DNA of 44,971 bases from an uncultured Methanosarcinales archaeon (GTDB taxonomy: Archaea > Nanobdellota > Nanobdellia > Woesearchaeales > CAYSVS01), in the NCBI GenBank assembly GCA_964434475.1, contig CAYSVS010000005.1, forward strand, positions 1-44,971, in the 5' to 3' direction. A program made the position numbers and the translations under genes. The notes under the pieces are model-generated. The model had not been told where the DNA came from, ran no database searches, and saw nothing but the letters and a program-made list of their open reading frames with translations. This document shows positions 1-9,310 of this stretch, piece after piece (the first letter of the stretch is position 1; each line of letters begins with the position of its first letter).

Positions 1-1
1 A

Positions 2-205
2 AATATTGCAAAATTAATAAATATAGAAATTGCAAGAATTTTCAAATCGTACAGTGGAGAACCAAAAGCAATAAATAAATTAAGAGAGGGCATGATATCA
101 GACTACAATCTCTACAAAAAAGAAGGTCAAGATTCAAGATTATTAAGAAAGCCAGAAAAGATAATAAAATACCTTAATCAGGGAGACGCAATGCTTTTAA
201 AATGA
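2..205 (+). CDS. 3' end of a truncated hypothetical protein (NIAKLINIEIARIFKSYSGEPK...GDAMLLK*)
   Basis: Stop-free frame from the window edge to TGA at 203-205; protein-like composition; convergent with the next gene. Confidence 0.6.
   Translation, partial: NIAKLINIEIARIFKSYSGEPKAINKLREGMISDYNLYKKEGQDSRLLRKPEKIIKYLNQGDAMLLK
5..53 (+). repeat. 49-bp inverted repeat, left copy
   Basis: attgcaaaattaataaatatagaaattgcaagaattttcaaatcgtaca is the exact reverse complement of 44923-44971. Confidence 0.95.
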
Positions 206-265
206 TTTAGAATTCATAAAAAAATCATATTACTTCTTCTATTGAGAATAAAACAACACATACTA

Positions 266-1192
266 TCACCTAAACCTTATTTTCATCACAAAAAGAAAAA
301 CAATAAAGACAATTATCCCTAAAACATACGTATAATTCATCTCAAATCTTTTTTCAGGCAATTTAATTATATCTAATGATAAATCTTCAGGCACTTCATC
401 GATGTCTCTTTTGAGTGTAATATTTTCAACTATTTGCTCTTCTTCAATAACATCATCTTTAACATCAACACATTCTCCATTTAAGCATTCATCACAATCC
501 TGATATTTAACTATCTCTTCTTTTTCATGCATATCACAAAAATTTCGTATATTACAATAGCCATTATAGTTTATCTTTTTAATATATACATCATCATCCC
601 TGCAAAATTTTTCTTCAGAATAAGAACTGTTGCATTGCTCATCATTATAGCATTCAACACATACAAATTCATGATTACAATACCCCTCATCACAATCACT
701 ATCATCCATGCATTCTTTGGACCTATTAACAGGCCATTCAATCTTCTCAATTATCATGGTTGTCAAATCCGGCTCACTTACCTTAACAGTATACTTACCT
801 TCATTATCGCTGACATCGTATTCGTTTATGCACAAAGTTAACTTACCTTCATAAAAACTGTATTTTCCTAATTCGCTTCCTATATAAAAACAATTTCCCC
901 CTATTTTTCCAACAACAGCATAATTATAGATATTTTCACAAGGCGCTTTAATGTCAAACTCATCCCCAGAATCATAAAATGCCTTTCCTTTCGGACCATA
1001 CTCTATTCCTGAATTATTAAAGTCCATACTTCCTGTTGCAGTTATGTACAAAGAATCTCCTCTATAAACATATAAACCTGTATCTACACATCTATTATCT
1101 TCATCCAAAGTATAACTCATCTCAGCTTCTAATCCATACACTAAAGGAAATAATAAAAATAAAAATAATATAGACAATAACCTCTTTTTCAT
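266..1192 (-). CDS. Membrane-anchored surface protein: signal peptide, LecA/PA-IL-like carbohydrate-binding domain, Cys-rich region, C-terminal TM helix
   Basis: N-terminal hydrophobic signal; DTGLYVYRGDSLYITATG...VVGKIG...GKLTLCINE..VSDNEGKYTVKV pattern; CxxDxDC repeats; C-terminal YVLGIIVFIVFLFVMKIRFR. Confidence 0.65.
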   Translation of the reverse strand: MKKRLLSILFLFLLFPLVYGLEAEMSYTLDEDNRCVDTGLYVYRGDSLYITATGSMDFNNSGIEYGPKGKAFYDSGDEFDIKAPCENIYNYAVVGKIGGNCFYIGSELGKYSFYEGKLTLCINEYDVSDNEGKYTVKVSEPDLTTMIIEKIEWPVNRSKECMDDSDCDEGYCNHEFVCVECYNDEQCNSSYSEEKFCRDDDVYIKKINYNGYCNIRNFCDMHEKEEIVKYQDCDECLNGECVDVKDDVIEEEQIVENITLKRDIDEVPEDLSLDIIKLPEKRFEMNYTYVLGIIVFIVFLFVMKIRFR

Positions 1193-1277
1193 GCATTAAA
1201 AAAAGAACTTAAGATATATAATGGTTTCTATAGGAAAAATAAAAAACTATTTAAATACAAAGATAAACAGATAAATC

Positions 1278-1850
1278 ATGGCATTTGATACACAAACATA
1301 TTTATTGATACCATTCCTTATCTTTTTGGCAAGAATTATCGACGTTAGTTTAGGCACATTAAGACTTATATTCGTATCAAAAGGGTATAAAAAAATAGCT
1401 CCTGTCCTGGGTTTTTTTGAAGTTATGATATGGCTATTTGCAATCAGAAATATACTTATGAACCTCTCAAATTTTAATTCTTACTTAGGTTATGGGCTTG
1501 GATTTGCAGCAGGTACTTATGCAGGCATAATTTTAGAAGAAAAAATTTCTTTAGGCAAAGTTCTTGTCAGGATAATAACCAAAAAAGAAGCAACAGAACT
1601 TATCAAAAAGTTAAGACAAACATTATATACAGTAACTACAGTAAATGCAAAAACAAAAAAAGGCAGGGTAAAGTTGATATATATTGTCATAAAAAGACAC
1701 GACATACATAAAATAGCGACCATAATAGAACAATATGATGGTAATCCTTTCTATACTGTGGAGGATATAAGATATGAACACGAAGCAGGGCATAAGATAT
1801 GTCCTAAAAAAAGATTATTAGATAAGCTTAATTTTCTAAAAACAAAATAA
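1278..1850 (+). CDS. UPF0316 (DUF5698/DUF2179) membrane protein
   Basis: IFLARIIDVSLGTLR...LGFFEVMIW...YGLGFAAGTYAG signature followed by a soluble C-terminal domain. Confidence 0.85.
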   Translation: MAFDTQTYLLIPFLIFLARIIDVSLGTLRLIFVSKGYKKIAPVLGFFEVMIWLFAIRNILMNLSNFNSYLGYGLGFAAGTYAGIILEEKISLGKVLVRIITKKEATELIKKLRQTLYTVTTVNAKTKKGRVKLIYIVIKRHDIHKIATIIEQYDGNPFYTVEDIRYEHEAGHKICPKKRLLDKLNFLKTK

Positions 1851-1981
1851 CAAAACCTTGTCTTTTGATTGTTCGTCCTGTTGAACTTTGTTCAACATGC
1901 GGCAAATTAAAATTTGTCAGCATATCCCCAACCTAATGGTAGGGATATTAGACCCCAATCAAATCTCTGCAAGATTTTCAA
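1851..1981. repeat. Structured multi-hairpin intergenic repeat, copy 1 (short form)
   Basis: Aligns with 32630-32824 and 33871-34065; hairpins tgttgaac-ttt-gttcaaca, gcaaatt/aatttgt and tatccc/gggata; closing stem tttgattg/caatcaaa. Confidence 0.9.
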
Positions 1982-1989
1982 TAAAAAAA

Positions 1990-2286
1990 TCATAATCTCA
2001 TTAGCATAAATCCTATAGTTAATGCTATCAAGGACCAGATACTTATCCCTGTAAGCATACCCTTTACACTTAATATGTATAATAAAGCTATTATAAATAC
2101 TAACCTTCCAAAACAGCCGCTGTCATCCTTATGCTTGTGCCATGTCCAAGGTTCATCCCAAGGAAAGCATTTTTTTTTAGGAATTTCACTACCTATCTTT
2201 TCTCCAACTATCTTGCCAACCTCTTCCCAAGAATGTGATTTTTTCTTTGATCTAGATTTTGCTTTAGCTTTCTTTTTTGCTGCCAT
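1990..2286 (-). CDS. Small hypothetical membrane protein (basic N-terminus, two C-terminal TM helices)
   Basis: GAGGTG Shine-Dalgarno upstream of the ATG; hydrophobic C-terminus. Confidence 0.75.
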   Translation of the reverse strand: MAAKKKAKAKSRSKKKSHSWEEVGKIVGEKIGSEIPKKKCFPWDEPWTWHKHKDDSGCFGRLVFIIALLYILSVKGMLTGISIWSLIALTIGFMLMRL

Positions 2287-2396
2287 AATAATTCACCTCT
2301 TTATCTATAGTATTAAATATACCTATTTAAATACTTTATTAAAACAATTCTCAGATCCTACGGATATATGCTATTTTTATAGAAAATCAGACAAAT

Positions 2397-2663
2397 TCAA
2401 ACCTTATCGTACTTTACCCTAAGATTCCAATACATACTTTCAAATTCAAGAAACTGTTCTTTTTCTAAAGGGATAATATTTCTTAACTTATGATATCCAT
2501 ATATTTCATCAATAATATCATTCCTTGAATCAGGATTTGACTGCATAATATGGTATAGATCTATCATCATAGATATTGAAGCATCTGCATCTTTCTCAGG
2601 ATAACCTAAATCTACAAACATCACCTTCATATTTGAGATAATCTCATCATCTATTGATACCAT
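2397..2663 (-). CDS. Hypothetical protein
   Basis: 88-aa ATG ORF filling an intergenic gap; no recognisable motif. Confidence 0.6.
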   Translation of the reverse strand: MVSIDDEIISNMKVMFVDLGYPEKDADASISMMIDLYHIMQSNPDSRNDIIDEIYGYHKLRNIIPLEKEQFLEFESMYWNLRVKYDKV

Positions 2664-2749
2664 ATAATGTATAAAAGCCGAATAAATAAAAAACTTACCT
2701 TCAAAAATTCCAAAAATAATATAAATATAAAAATATTATTCCTAATAAT

Positions 2750-3310
2750 ATGTCATACTCACTAAAAGATATGAAGAAAATAAGAAAAAAATTAGGATTG
2801 ACACAAGCTCAGCTGGCAAAAAAAGCCAATGTAAGCCAGAGTTTGATAGCAAAAATAGAAAGCGATGCTATAGATCCTGCATACAGCAAGACAGAAAAAA
2901 TATTCAATGCTTTTGAGATACTTCAAAAAAAGGAGAAGATAAAAGCAAGGGAAATAATGAACAAAAAGATAATCACAGTAAAGACAGAGGATTTTGTAAG
3001 CAATATAATCAAGAAGATGAAAAAACACAATATCTCACAGATGCCTGTATTAGAGAATAATTCTCCAGCAGGGTTGATATCTGAATCAACCATAATAGAT
3101 GCTATAGCTGATATGCATAATCCTAAAAATATAGCGAAGCTTAAAGTAGAGCAGGTAATGAAAGAATGTCCTCCTATAATAACTCCTAACGCAGATATAG
3201 AGCTTATATCAAGCCTATTGAAGCATTATGCGATACTCCTTGTTGCTGAGAAAGGCAAATTAAAAGGACTCATTAGTAAGGCTGATGTTCTAGATAGTAT
3301 TTATGGATGA
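2750..3310 (+). CDS. XRE-type HTH plus CBS-pair transcriptional regulator (COG3620-like)
   Basis: RKKLGLTQAQLAKKANVSQSLIAKIE HTH; two CBS motifs (ISQMPV, GLISKADVL). Confidence 0.9.
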   Translation: MSYSLKDMKKIRKKLGLTQAQLAKKANVSQSLIAKIESDAIDPAYSKTEKIFNAFEILQKKEKIKAREIMNKKIITVKTEDFVSNIIKKMKKHNISQMPVLENNSPAGLISESTIIDAIADMHNPKNIAKLKVEQVMKECPPIITPNADIELISSLLKHYAILLVAEKGKLKGLISKADVLDSIYG

Positions 3311-3373
3311 TAAAGATTTAATTTACATTACATTTTGATAAAAAATAATGTTTGTGATAATTTGTAACGCACA

Positions 3374-4081
3374 TCAATAAAGATTCTTCAATTTTCCGAA
3401 TTCAAGAATCTCATCTTCAGCAACAACATACACATCAAATTCATCTAACTTCTGATGCAGATAAGGGCTTAATAGTTTTTGTGAGATAACATCAGTACCC
3501 TCTGTCACCGGATTAAAGCTAGGCATAACGATCAATTCTTTTCTTTTATACTTTCCATGTAAAAAGCATTTGTATTTCTCTATCCTGTTATTTTCTTTTA
3601 AAGAAACAGCAGGATGTTCATGTGCTATAATCATTGTCTTGATTTTTTTAGGAATCTCTAAAAATTTATCTCCGTGTATTATAAGAATATCATCTATCTC
3701 ATACTTATCAACAAGTTTTATATTTCGCTTATCAGCAATAGGGCCCAATATATTATCGTGGTTGCCTTTTACCAATATGACTTTACCGTACTCTAAAAGA
3801 AAATCTATCAATTTAAGTGTTTCTCGCCATTCTTGATCAGATATAGATCCGAATTCATGCTTTAAATCTCCGTTGATGACTATTGTATCAATCTTGTCTT
3901 TTACTTGATCCATTATTTTCTCAAGCCTTTGCATAATATCCTTAAAACTAAAACGAGGAATTAATACTCCTTTTTTATTCAACTCTTCTTCATAGCCTAT
4001 ATGGATATCTGCGATTATTAAAGTCCTATCTACCAATAGACACAAATCAATTATCTTTATCCTATCTGTTAATTTATACAT
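3374..4081 (-). CDS. Calcineurin-like metallophosphoesterase (COG1407-like)
   Basis: ADIHIG, GDLKH, GNHD, HGD and AHEHP motifs, plus MPSFN. Confidence 0.9.
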   Translation of the reverse strand: MYKLTDRIKIIDLCLLVDRTLIIADIHIGYEEELNKKGVLIPRFSFKDIMQRLEKIMDQVKDKIDTIVINGDLKHEFGSISDQEWRETLKLIDFLLEYGKVILVKGNHDNILGPIADKRNIKLVDKYEIDDILIIHGDKFLEIPKKIKTMIIAHEHPAVSLKENNRIEKYKCFLHGKYKRKELIVMPSFNPVTEGTDVISQKLLSPYLHQKLDEFDVYVVAEDEILEFGKLKNLY

Positions 4082-4116
4082 AATAACTTAAATAAATCTA
4101 GAATTTATAAATTTAA

Positions 4117-4512
4117 TTAATGAATAGTATTGTTTTCATATTTATTTACTGAATATGCTTGAAGATTAAAAAAACTATATGACGTACATTTTAACAATCT
4201 CAAAAATTCATTGAAATTTTCAAATGCTTGGTTTAAACGCACATAGTTGGTTTCATCTCTCTTAACACAAGTATCTAAATACTTCATAAATACATCTTCA
4301 GAACTCTTTATTTTTATATATTCTGCTTTATTCTTATCATAAATTTCAGAATCAACAATCTCAGCAACATTTTGCAAAATATCTACATAATCAAAATAAT
4401 TTCCATCAAAATTCTTATTAGAAATATAATCTTTAAGTTTTATTTCTAGTGAGATGTCATTAGAATCTAAATTTAACTTCACTATATTATCTACAAAACC
4501 TCTTTTTTTCAT
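4117..4512 (-). CDS. Hypothetical protein
   Basis: 131-aa ATG ORF co-oriented with its neighbours. Confidence 0.55.
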   Translation of the reverse strand: MKKRGFVDNIVKLNLDSNDISLEIKLKDYISNKNFDGNYFDYVDILQNVAEIVDSEIYDKNKAEYIKIKSSEDVFMKYLDTCVKRDETNYVRLNQAFENFNEFLRLLKCTSYSFFNLQAYSVNKYENNTIH

Positions 4513-4535
4513 CTTAAAAAATAAAAGAAAAAAAT

Positions 4536-4706
4536 TTATGCTTTTCCTAGGATTCTACACATAGTTGTACCACATACAGGGCACTTTCCTTTAGCCATCT
4601 TCATGCCTCTTGCATTAACAACAACTTCTGGATTCTGCATAGGAACATCTTTTTTCTTGCACTTTACACAATACGCTTTATATTCTTTAGTTTCTTCTTC
4701 TGCCAC
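4536..4706 (-). CDS. Small zinc-ribbon protein (DUF5679-like)
   Basis: AYCVKCK...AKGKCPVCGTTMCRI; GTG start at 4706 preceded by a GAGGTG SD. Confidence 0.8.
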   Translation of the reverse strand: MAEEETKEYKAYCVKCKKKDVPMQNPEVVVNARGMKMAKGKCPVCGTTMCRILGKA

Positions 4707-4799
4707 TGATAAACACCTCATTAGTTATATATTATATAGTATTAAATATTTTATATATAAAGGTTTCTACGTATTGCCTATAAATTTCAATCAATATTA

Positions 4800-6674
4800 T
4801 CAATTATCACTTCTGCTAAGCTCAACCCATTTGCCGCCGTTCCATATCAATGTGATAGTATCTGATGAATCATCCATTACATAATCTCCAGCAAGCAAAA
4901 GATCAGTACTATCAACAAAAGTTATATCTCTTATAGACACATATTGCTCTAAAACAAGTATCTGTCCAACATTTGTTCCTGGGCCGATTGATGTACAATC
5001 ATCGGTTGCAGCTCCGCCAAATGTATCTATGTATTGGAATGATTCTGTGACAGCTATACCGCCTGTTGAGTTAAGCGTAGCAACAGTACCATCACCAAAT
5101 GAGACAGCTTTATCAAAATCAGTGAAACCCGCAGCATTGATTTGCACACGTTCAAGATTATTTGTAAAGAAACGCATAGGTAAATTTTCTTGTTGAGCAA
5201 TTATAACGCCTTCCTCACTATCTATACCGATTGCTAAACCATCACTAGCTGTTGTTCCTGTATCAGTATTTGTAATCTGAAGATAATTGCTTGTAACTGC
5301 ACTTTTATGTATGCCTAAAGCATAATTAGGCGAATTTGTACCTATACCAACATTGCCAGAATCCTTTATTCTCATCTCCTCTTGCAGACCGTTTGCTCCT
5401 TGATGAGTTGAGAAAATAATATCTCCATGATTTGCCCATCCAGAATTAGGATTATAAAACTCTATCCTCGCAATTTCATAACCATTGTTATTAGCAGTCA
5501 AATATCCTATAGTATCTACTGTTTTTGTAACACTAGATATTATCTGAATGTTACCATCTCCTACGCTTAATTTTTGATTAGGTGCTGCAGTACCTATACC
5601 AACATAACCTGTATTGGCGATAGTCATTGCTGTTTCCCAAACTCCGCCAGCAATATCTGTCCAAAAAGCTAAACCACCAGAAGAATCAATCTGCATAATT
5701 GCTTGTGCATCCGCATCATCTGAAAATTGTAAAAATCCACCATCAGCAACTCCTGCTGCACCTGCTTTTGATATTCTTATTCCGCCATCAGCAACTTCAA
5801 ATTTAGCAACAGGATTTGATGTGCCTATACCTACTTTGCCGTCATCTGTTATTCTCATCCTTTCTGTTGATTCAGTTTTAAAAGTAATATTGTTGCCTGT
5901 ATCTCCTGCAATAAGATTTAAATCTCCACCATAAGAAAATATAGAGCGAGTATCTCCTCTCATCTGCAATTGATTAGATGAACCATCCCACACACGAATA
6001 GTTGGACCGCTTGTTGCGACAATATCTAAAGTTTTACCAGGAGTTGTCGTTCCTATACCGACCCTTCCTGCAGATGTAATTCTCATTTTCTCTTTTAAAC
6101 CATCAGAACTATGAAAAGTAGAAAATGTTAATGAAGTTTGTGGCCAAGTTGGCTCTTCAGCAATTGCTCTTACACTAGCACGAGGATCATCGCCCCCAAT
6201 ATCTCTTTTTAAAGAAAAATCAATTCCCACCATATTTCCTACAGCAGTAGAATATTGATTGTCAATTTTAATAGTGAAATTTTGATTTGAGTTATCTTCA
6301 ATCTCTAATTTATTATCAGGTGTTGCTGTGCCTATGCCTACGCTACCATTATTTCCAACCCACATAGCTTCTCCAATTCCAGTATATAATCTTAAAACAA
6401 AATCTGCAGGATTAGTTCCTGCTGTTTGAATTTGAACACCATCTCCAGATATATTTGAATTATAAGAATAAATTAATCTATCTGCAGTATTAAGTCTAAG
6501 ATCTAACAAACTTGATGGCGTGGAAATTCCAATCCCTATCCTATTATTAGTCTCGTCAAAGAACATATTGCCTATGCTTAAGTTGGCATTATGCGCATTC
6601 CAATATTTTGTTGTTGCAAAAACAGAGCTAACTAAAATCAAGAATACTAGTCCGAAGGTTATTATTTTTTTCAT
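4800..6674 (-). CDS. Secreted fibre/adhesin-like protein with multiple GxVGIGTxxP repeats (fibre protein 3)
   Basis: Signal peptide MKKIITFGLVFLILVSSVFA; six G.(V/I)GIG boxes; ATG at 6674 overlaps the upstream stop (ATGA). Confidence 0.8.
   Translation of the reverse strand: MKKIITFGLVFLILVSSVFATTKYWNAHNANLSIGNMFFDETNNRIGIGISTPSSLLDLRLNTADRLIYSYNSNISGDGVQIQTAGTNPADFVLRLYTGIGEAMWVGNNGSVGIGTATPDNKLEIEDNSNQNFTIKIDNQYSTAVGNMVGIDFSLKRDIGGDDPRASVRAIAEEPTWPQTSLTFSTFHSSDGLKEKMRITSAGRVGIGTTTPGKTLDIVATSGPTIRVWDGSSNQLQMRGDTRSIFSYGGDLNLIAGDTGNNITFKTESTERMRITDDGKVGIGTSNPVAKFEVADGGIRISKAGAAGVADGGFLQFSDDADAQAIMQIDSSGGLAFWTDIAGGVWETAMTIANTGYVGIGTAAPNQKLSVGDGNIQIISSVTKTVDTIGYLTANNNGYEIARIEFYNPNSGWANHGDIIFSTHQGANGLQEEMRIKDSGNVGIGTNSPNYALGIHKSAVTSNYLQITNTDTGTTASDGLAIGIDSEEGVIIAQQENLPMRFFTNNLERVQINAAGFTDFDKAVSFGDGTVATLNSTGGIAVTESFQYIDTFGGAATDDCTSIGPGTNVGQILVLEQYVSIRDITFVDSTDLLLAGDYVMDDSSDTITLIWNGGKWVELSRSDN
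5325..5358. repeat. 34-bp identical direct repeat encoding GNVGIGTNSPN (partner at 7241-7274)
   Basis: attaggcgaatttgtacctataccaacattgcca occurs identically in both genes. Confidence 0.9.
6532..6663. repeat. 132-bp direct repeat: shared 5' cassette of fibre genes 2 and 3 (partner at 7791-7922)
   Basis: 5 mismatches in 132 bp by eye; encodes the signal peptide plus TTKYWNAHNANLSIGNMFFDETN.RIGI. Confidence 0.95.
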
Positions 6675-7936
6675 GGTTCTACTATATACCAATAATTATT
6701 CACATACACTGCTGTAACTCCTCCAGAACCTACACCAGGTATTGTCAAGTCAGCATTATCAGGATTTAAAAACTTCTGCGTTCCTGTAGCTTCATCATTT
6801 TCAATTACCAGATCATTTGCAGTATATTTTTTTATTATATGCAAGACTTGGCCTTCTACTCCTCCAGATAATCCACCAATAGTTCTTGTTGCTGCGCTTG
6901 TATCCACAAGCAATATTCCAATATCAGAAACATCATAGTTGTCTGTGTCTGAAGCTATTGTTGCAGAAGCGACTGAAAAAGATCCTCCGACATCTAAGGT
7001 TGTGTCTGGAGTTGTATCATTAATGCCAACTTTGCCGTTATTCAACATCATCATTATTGTATGACCGCCTTGACCTTTAAATTCAAAATCCTGTTCACTA
7101 GATGGCCAACTTGAATGCTCTACAGTAAATGTTAAAGGTCCTACTCCATTATCAGGATGTCCAATCTTATGATATGCATTTGAATTACCAGAACTATATT
7201 CCCAGCTTATGTTCTGTCCATAGTCTAAAGTCAATCTATCATTAGGCGAATTTGTACCTATACCAACATTGCCATTGCCTTTTACAACAAACTTATGCAA
7301 ACCGCCATTATAAACACTAAATGCATATGTATTAGAACTAAGATTTGCAACAGAAACAAGTAAACCATGAGCAGAAGTACTAAATTTATTTTGATTAACT
7401 ATCTGAGCAGCCCATGTAGTTTCATTACTATAAACACCTAATTTCTCACTTGGATTTGTTGTACCTATGCCTACATTACCATCTTTATTTATAACCAATC
7501 CTGTATTCCAATTCCCTATTGCTCCGTCTTTTGATGTTGTTAATCTTAATTTTCCGCCGCCATTGATAAAATGCGATACGATCGAAGCAGTCTCTTTATA
7601 TGGAAAATCCAAAGAGCCATCAGGATCGTGATACATATAAAATGCATTTGTAAGATTATCATAACTATTTGGAGTACCAAATATATTTATCCTGCTAAAG
7701 TTATTATTACCATAAGGATATATCTGAAATTGGTCCCTTAATTTCAATGTTCCATCTATATCTAAAGTTGCAGAAGGACTCTCTGTCCCTATCCCTATCC
7801 TATCATTAGTTTCGTCAAAGAACATATTTCCTATGCTTAAGTTGGCATTATGCGCATTCCAATATTTTGTTGTTGCAAAAACAGAGCTAACTAAAATCAA
7901 GAATACAAGTCCGAATGTTATTGTTTTTTTGTTCAT
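6671..7936 (-). CDS. Secreted fibre/adhesin-like protein with GNVGIGT repeats (fibre protein 2)
   Basis: Signal peptide; four GIG boxes; ATG at 7936 overlaps the upstream TGA (ATGA). Confidence 0.8.
   Translation of the reverse strand: MNKKTITFGLVFLILVSSVFATTKYWNAHNANLSIGNMFFDETNDRIGIGTESPSATLDIDGTLKLRDQFQIYPYGNNNFSRINIFGTPNSYDNLTNAFYMYHDPDGSLDFPYKETASIVSHFINGGGKLRLTTSKDGAIGNWNTGLVINKDGNVGIGTTNPSEKLGVYSNETTWAAQIVNQNKFSTSAHGLLVSVANLSSNTYAFSVYNGGLHKFVVKGNGNVGIGTNSPNDRLTLDYGQNISWEYSSGNSNAYHKIGHPDNGVGPLTFTVEHSSWPSSEQDFEFKGQGGHTIMMMLNNGKVGINDTTPDTTLDVGGSFSVASATIASDTDNYDVSDIGILLVDTSAATRTIGGLSGGVEGQVLHIIKKYTANDLVIENDEATGTQKFLNPDNADLTIPGVGSGGVTAVYVNNYWYIVEP
7241..7274. repeat. 34-bp identical direct repeat, second copy
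   Basis: Identical to 5325-5358. Confidence 0.9.
7791..7922. repeat. 132-bp direct repeat, second copy
   Basis: Near-identical to 6532-6663. Confidence 0.95.
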
Positions 7937-9279
7937 TTTTCTACTTTCCAATACCCTCCTTTTGCTGAGCCTATTCTTTCAATTATGCCTTTCTCTTTTA
8001 ATAATTTTAAATCACGTTTTACAGTCTTTTCATTAACATTTAATAAATTAGCAAGCTCTGTTATAGTTATCTTATTATTGAGATTTATTTTTCTGACAAT
8101 TTGTTCTAATCTTTTTTCAGGGACATTTTCAGGGACATTTTCAGGGACATTTTCAAGAACATCTTTATGTGATTTATAGAAAATAATCCTAAAAAAATCA
8201 TCTGTTTCAAACTTTATCTTCAATTTTTGTTCTTTGGCTAATGTTTTTATACGATTGATTCCTGAACCTATTTTTTCAATCAGATTTAATCTATGGAAAA
8301 TATCAAATAAAATAGGATTTCTGGGAAAACTTATCTTGCCCAATTTCTTTTTATCAAAAAGCAGTCTACCATAATTTACAATCTCTATCCTATTGTCAAA
8401 TATTTCAACAAATACACCAAACCTATCTTCAAAATAATCTCTATGGATTATTGCATTTAGCAATGCTTCTCTCAATGCTTCCTCAGGTAGTTCAAGAACC
8501 TCTTTTCTAGGACCTGCATTTTTAATAATATAACTTAGCTTCAAGTTCCGTATTAAGAAATTCATCGCATTATGGTAATTTTCAAGCAAGTCTTTATTGA
8601 AATCTTTTCTATCTATAACATTAACCCTTTCATTTCCCTTATATAATACACAAGTTATAAAATTTTGTCTAATGAATGATACAGGCTGCTTCGCAAACAT
8701 TAAAACTCCTGCGTTGTTAAGGATAAATCTCTTATTGATATAATCACCCAAAGAAAGATTTTTAATGATCTCTTTATCAGAAATTACTTTTGATATTTTA
8801 GAGCTTTTTAGGAAAGTATCAAATTTAGTCTTGTCAAAATCTTTTTTGAAATCAAAATCTGAACATATCAGTTCATCAAACCGCGATTTACCTATAGAAA
8901 CCATCATCTTCAACAAATCATCTCTAAATAGTTTTTGAGAGTTTGCTCCTTCCCGTATATAATATCCTTGAGAACACCTATAAGGCTTATCCTTGCCTTC
9001 TTCAACATCAATAATCAAGACATTATTATATTCTTCAAGCTTGATTTTTATTTTAGGATCACAGTTAAAGGCAATATCCTGTATCTGAGATTTAAGCTTA
9101 TTCGTTATAGTTATTCCTTTCACAACACTTTTATCAGTTATTCCTAAAAATATTCTTCCTCCATTAGAGTTTGCAAGAGCAGTAATCTCTTTAGATATTG
9201 ACTTGTTCAGGTTTTCCTTAAACTCAACCTTTAATCCTTCTCCTTCCTCTAATATCTGCTTAAATTCGTTTTTGTTCAT
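7933..9279 (-). CDS. Schlafen/AlbA_2 domain + HATPase_c_4 + C-terminal wHTH protein (often mis-annotated as RecG-like)
   Basis: GEGLKVEFKE...ALANSNGGRIFLGITD; ALREALLNAIIHRDY; RNP...IEKIGSGI; C-terminal TITELA..TVKRDL..RIGSAKGGYW; likely ATG at 9279. Confidence 0.9.
   Translation of the reverse strand: MNKNEFKQILEEGEGLKVEFKENLNKSISKEITALANSNGGRIFLGITDKSVVKGITITNKLKSQIQDIAFNCDPKIKIKLEEYNNVLIIDVEEGKDKPYRCSQGYYIREGANSQKLFRDDLLKMMVSIGKSRFDELICSDFDFKKDFDKTKFDTFLKSSKISKVISDKEIIKNLSLGDYINKRFILNNAGVLMFAKQPVSFIRQNFITCVLYKGNERVNVIDRKDFNKDLLENYHNAMNFLIRNLKLSYIIKNAGPRKEVLELPEEALREALLNAIIHRDYFEDRFGVFVEIFDNRIEIVNYGRLLFDKKKLGKISFPRNPILFDIFHRLNLIEKIGSGINRIKTLAKEQKLKIKFETDDFFRIIFYKSHKDVLENVPENVPENVPEKRLEQIVRKINLNNKITITELANLLNVNEKTVKRDLKLLKEKGIIERIGSAKGGYWKVEK
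8116..8155. repeat. 12-bp tandem repeat (~3.3 copies) encoding an ENVP linker
   Basis: ttcagggacatt repeated three times; protein reads ENVPENVPENVPE. Confidence 0.9.
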
Positions 9280-9310
9280 TTTTTTGCACAATTGTTCATT
9301 TTACAGAACA

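Noticed and set aside
6532-7922. Diversity-generating retroelement TR/VR pair
   Set aside because: Both repeats are coding 5' ends, the mismatches are few and not adenine-specific, and no reverse transcriptase is in the window
8116-8155. ENVP tandem repeat as a phase-variation switch
   Set aside because: The 12-bp unit keeps the frame, and such linkers are common before the HTH in this family
7933-9291. RecG helicase call
   Set aside because: No SF2 helicase motifs; the architecture is AlbA_2 + HATPase_c_4 + HTH
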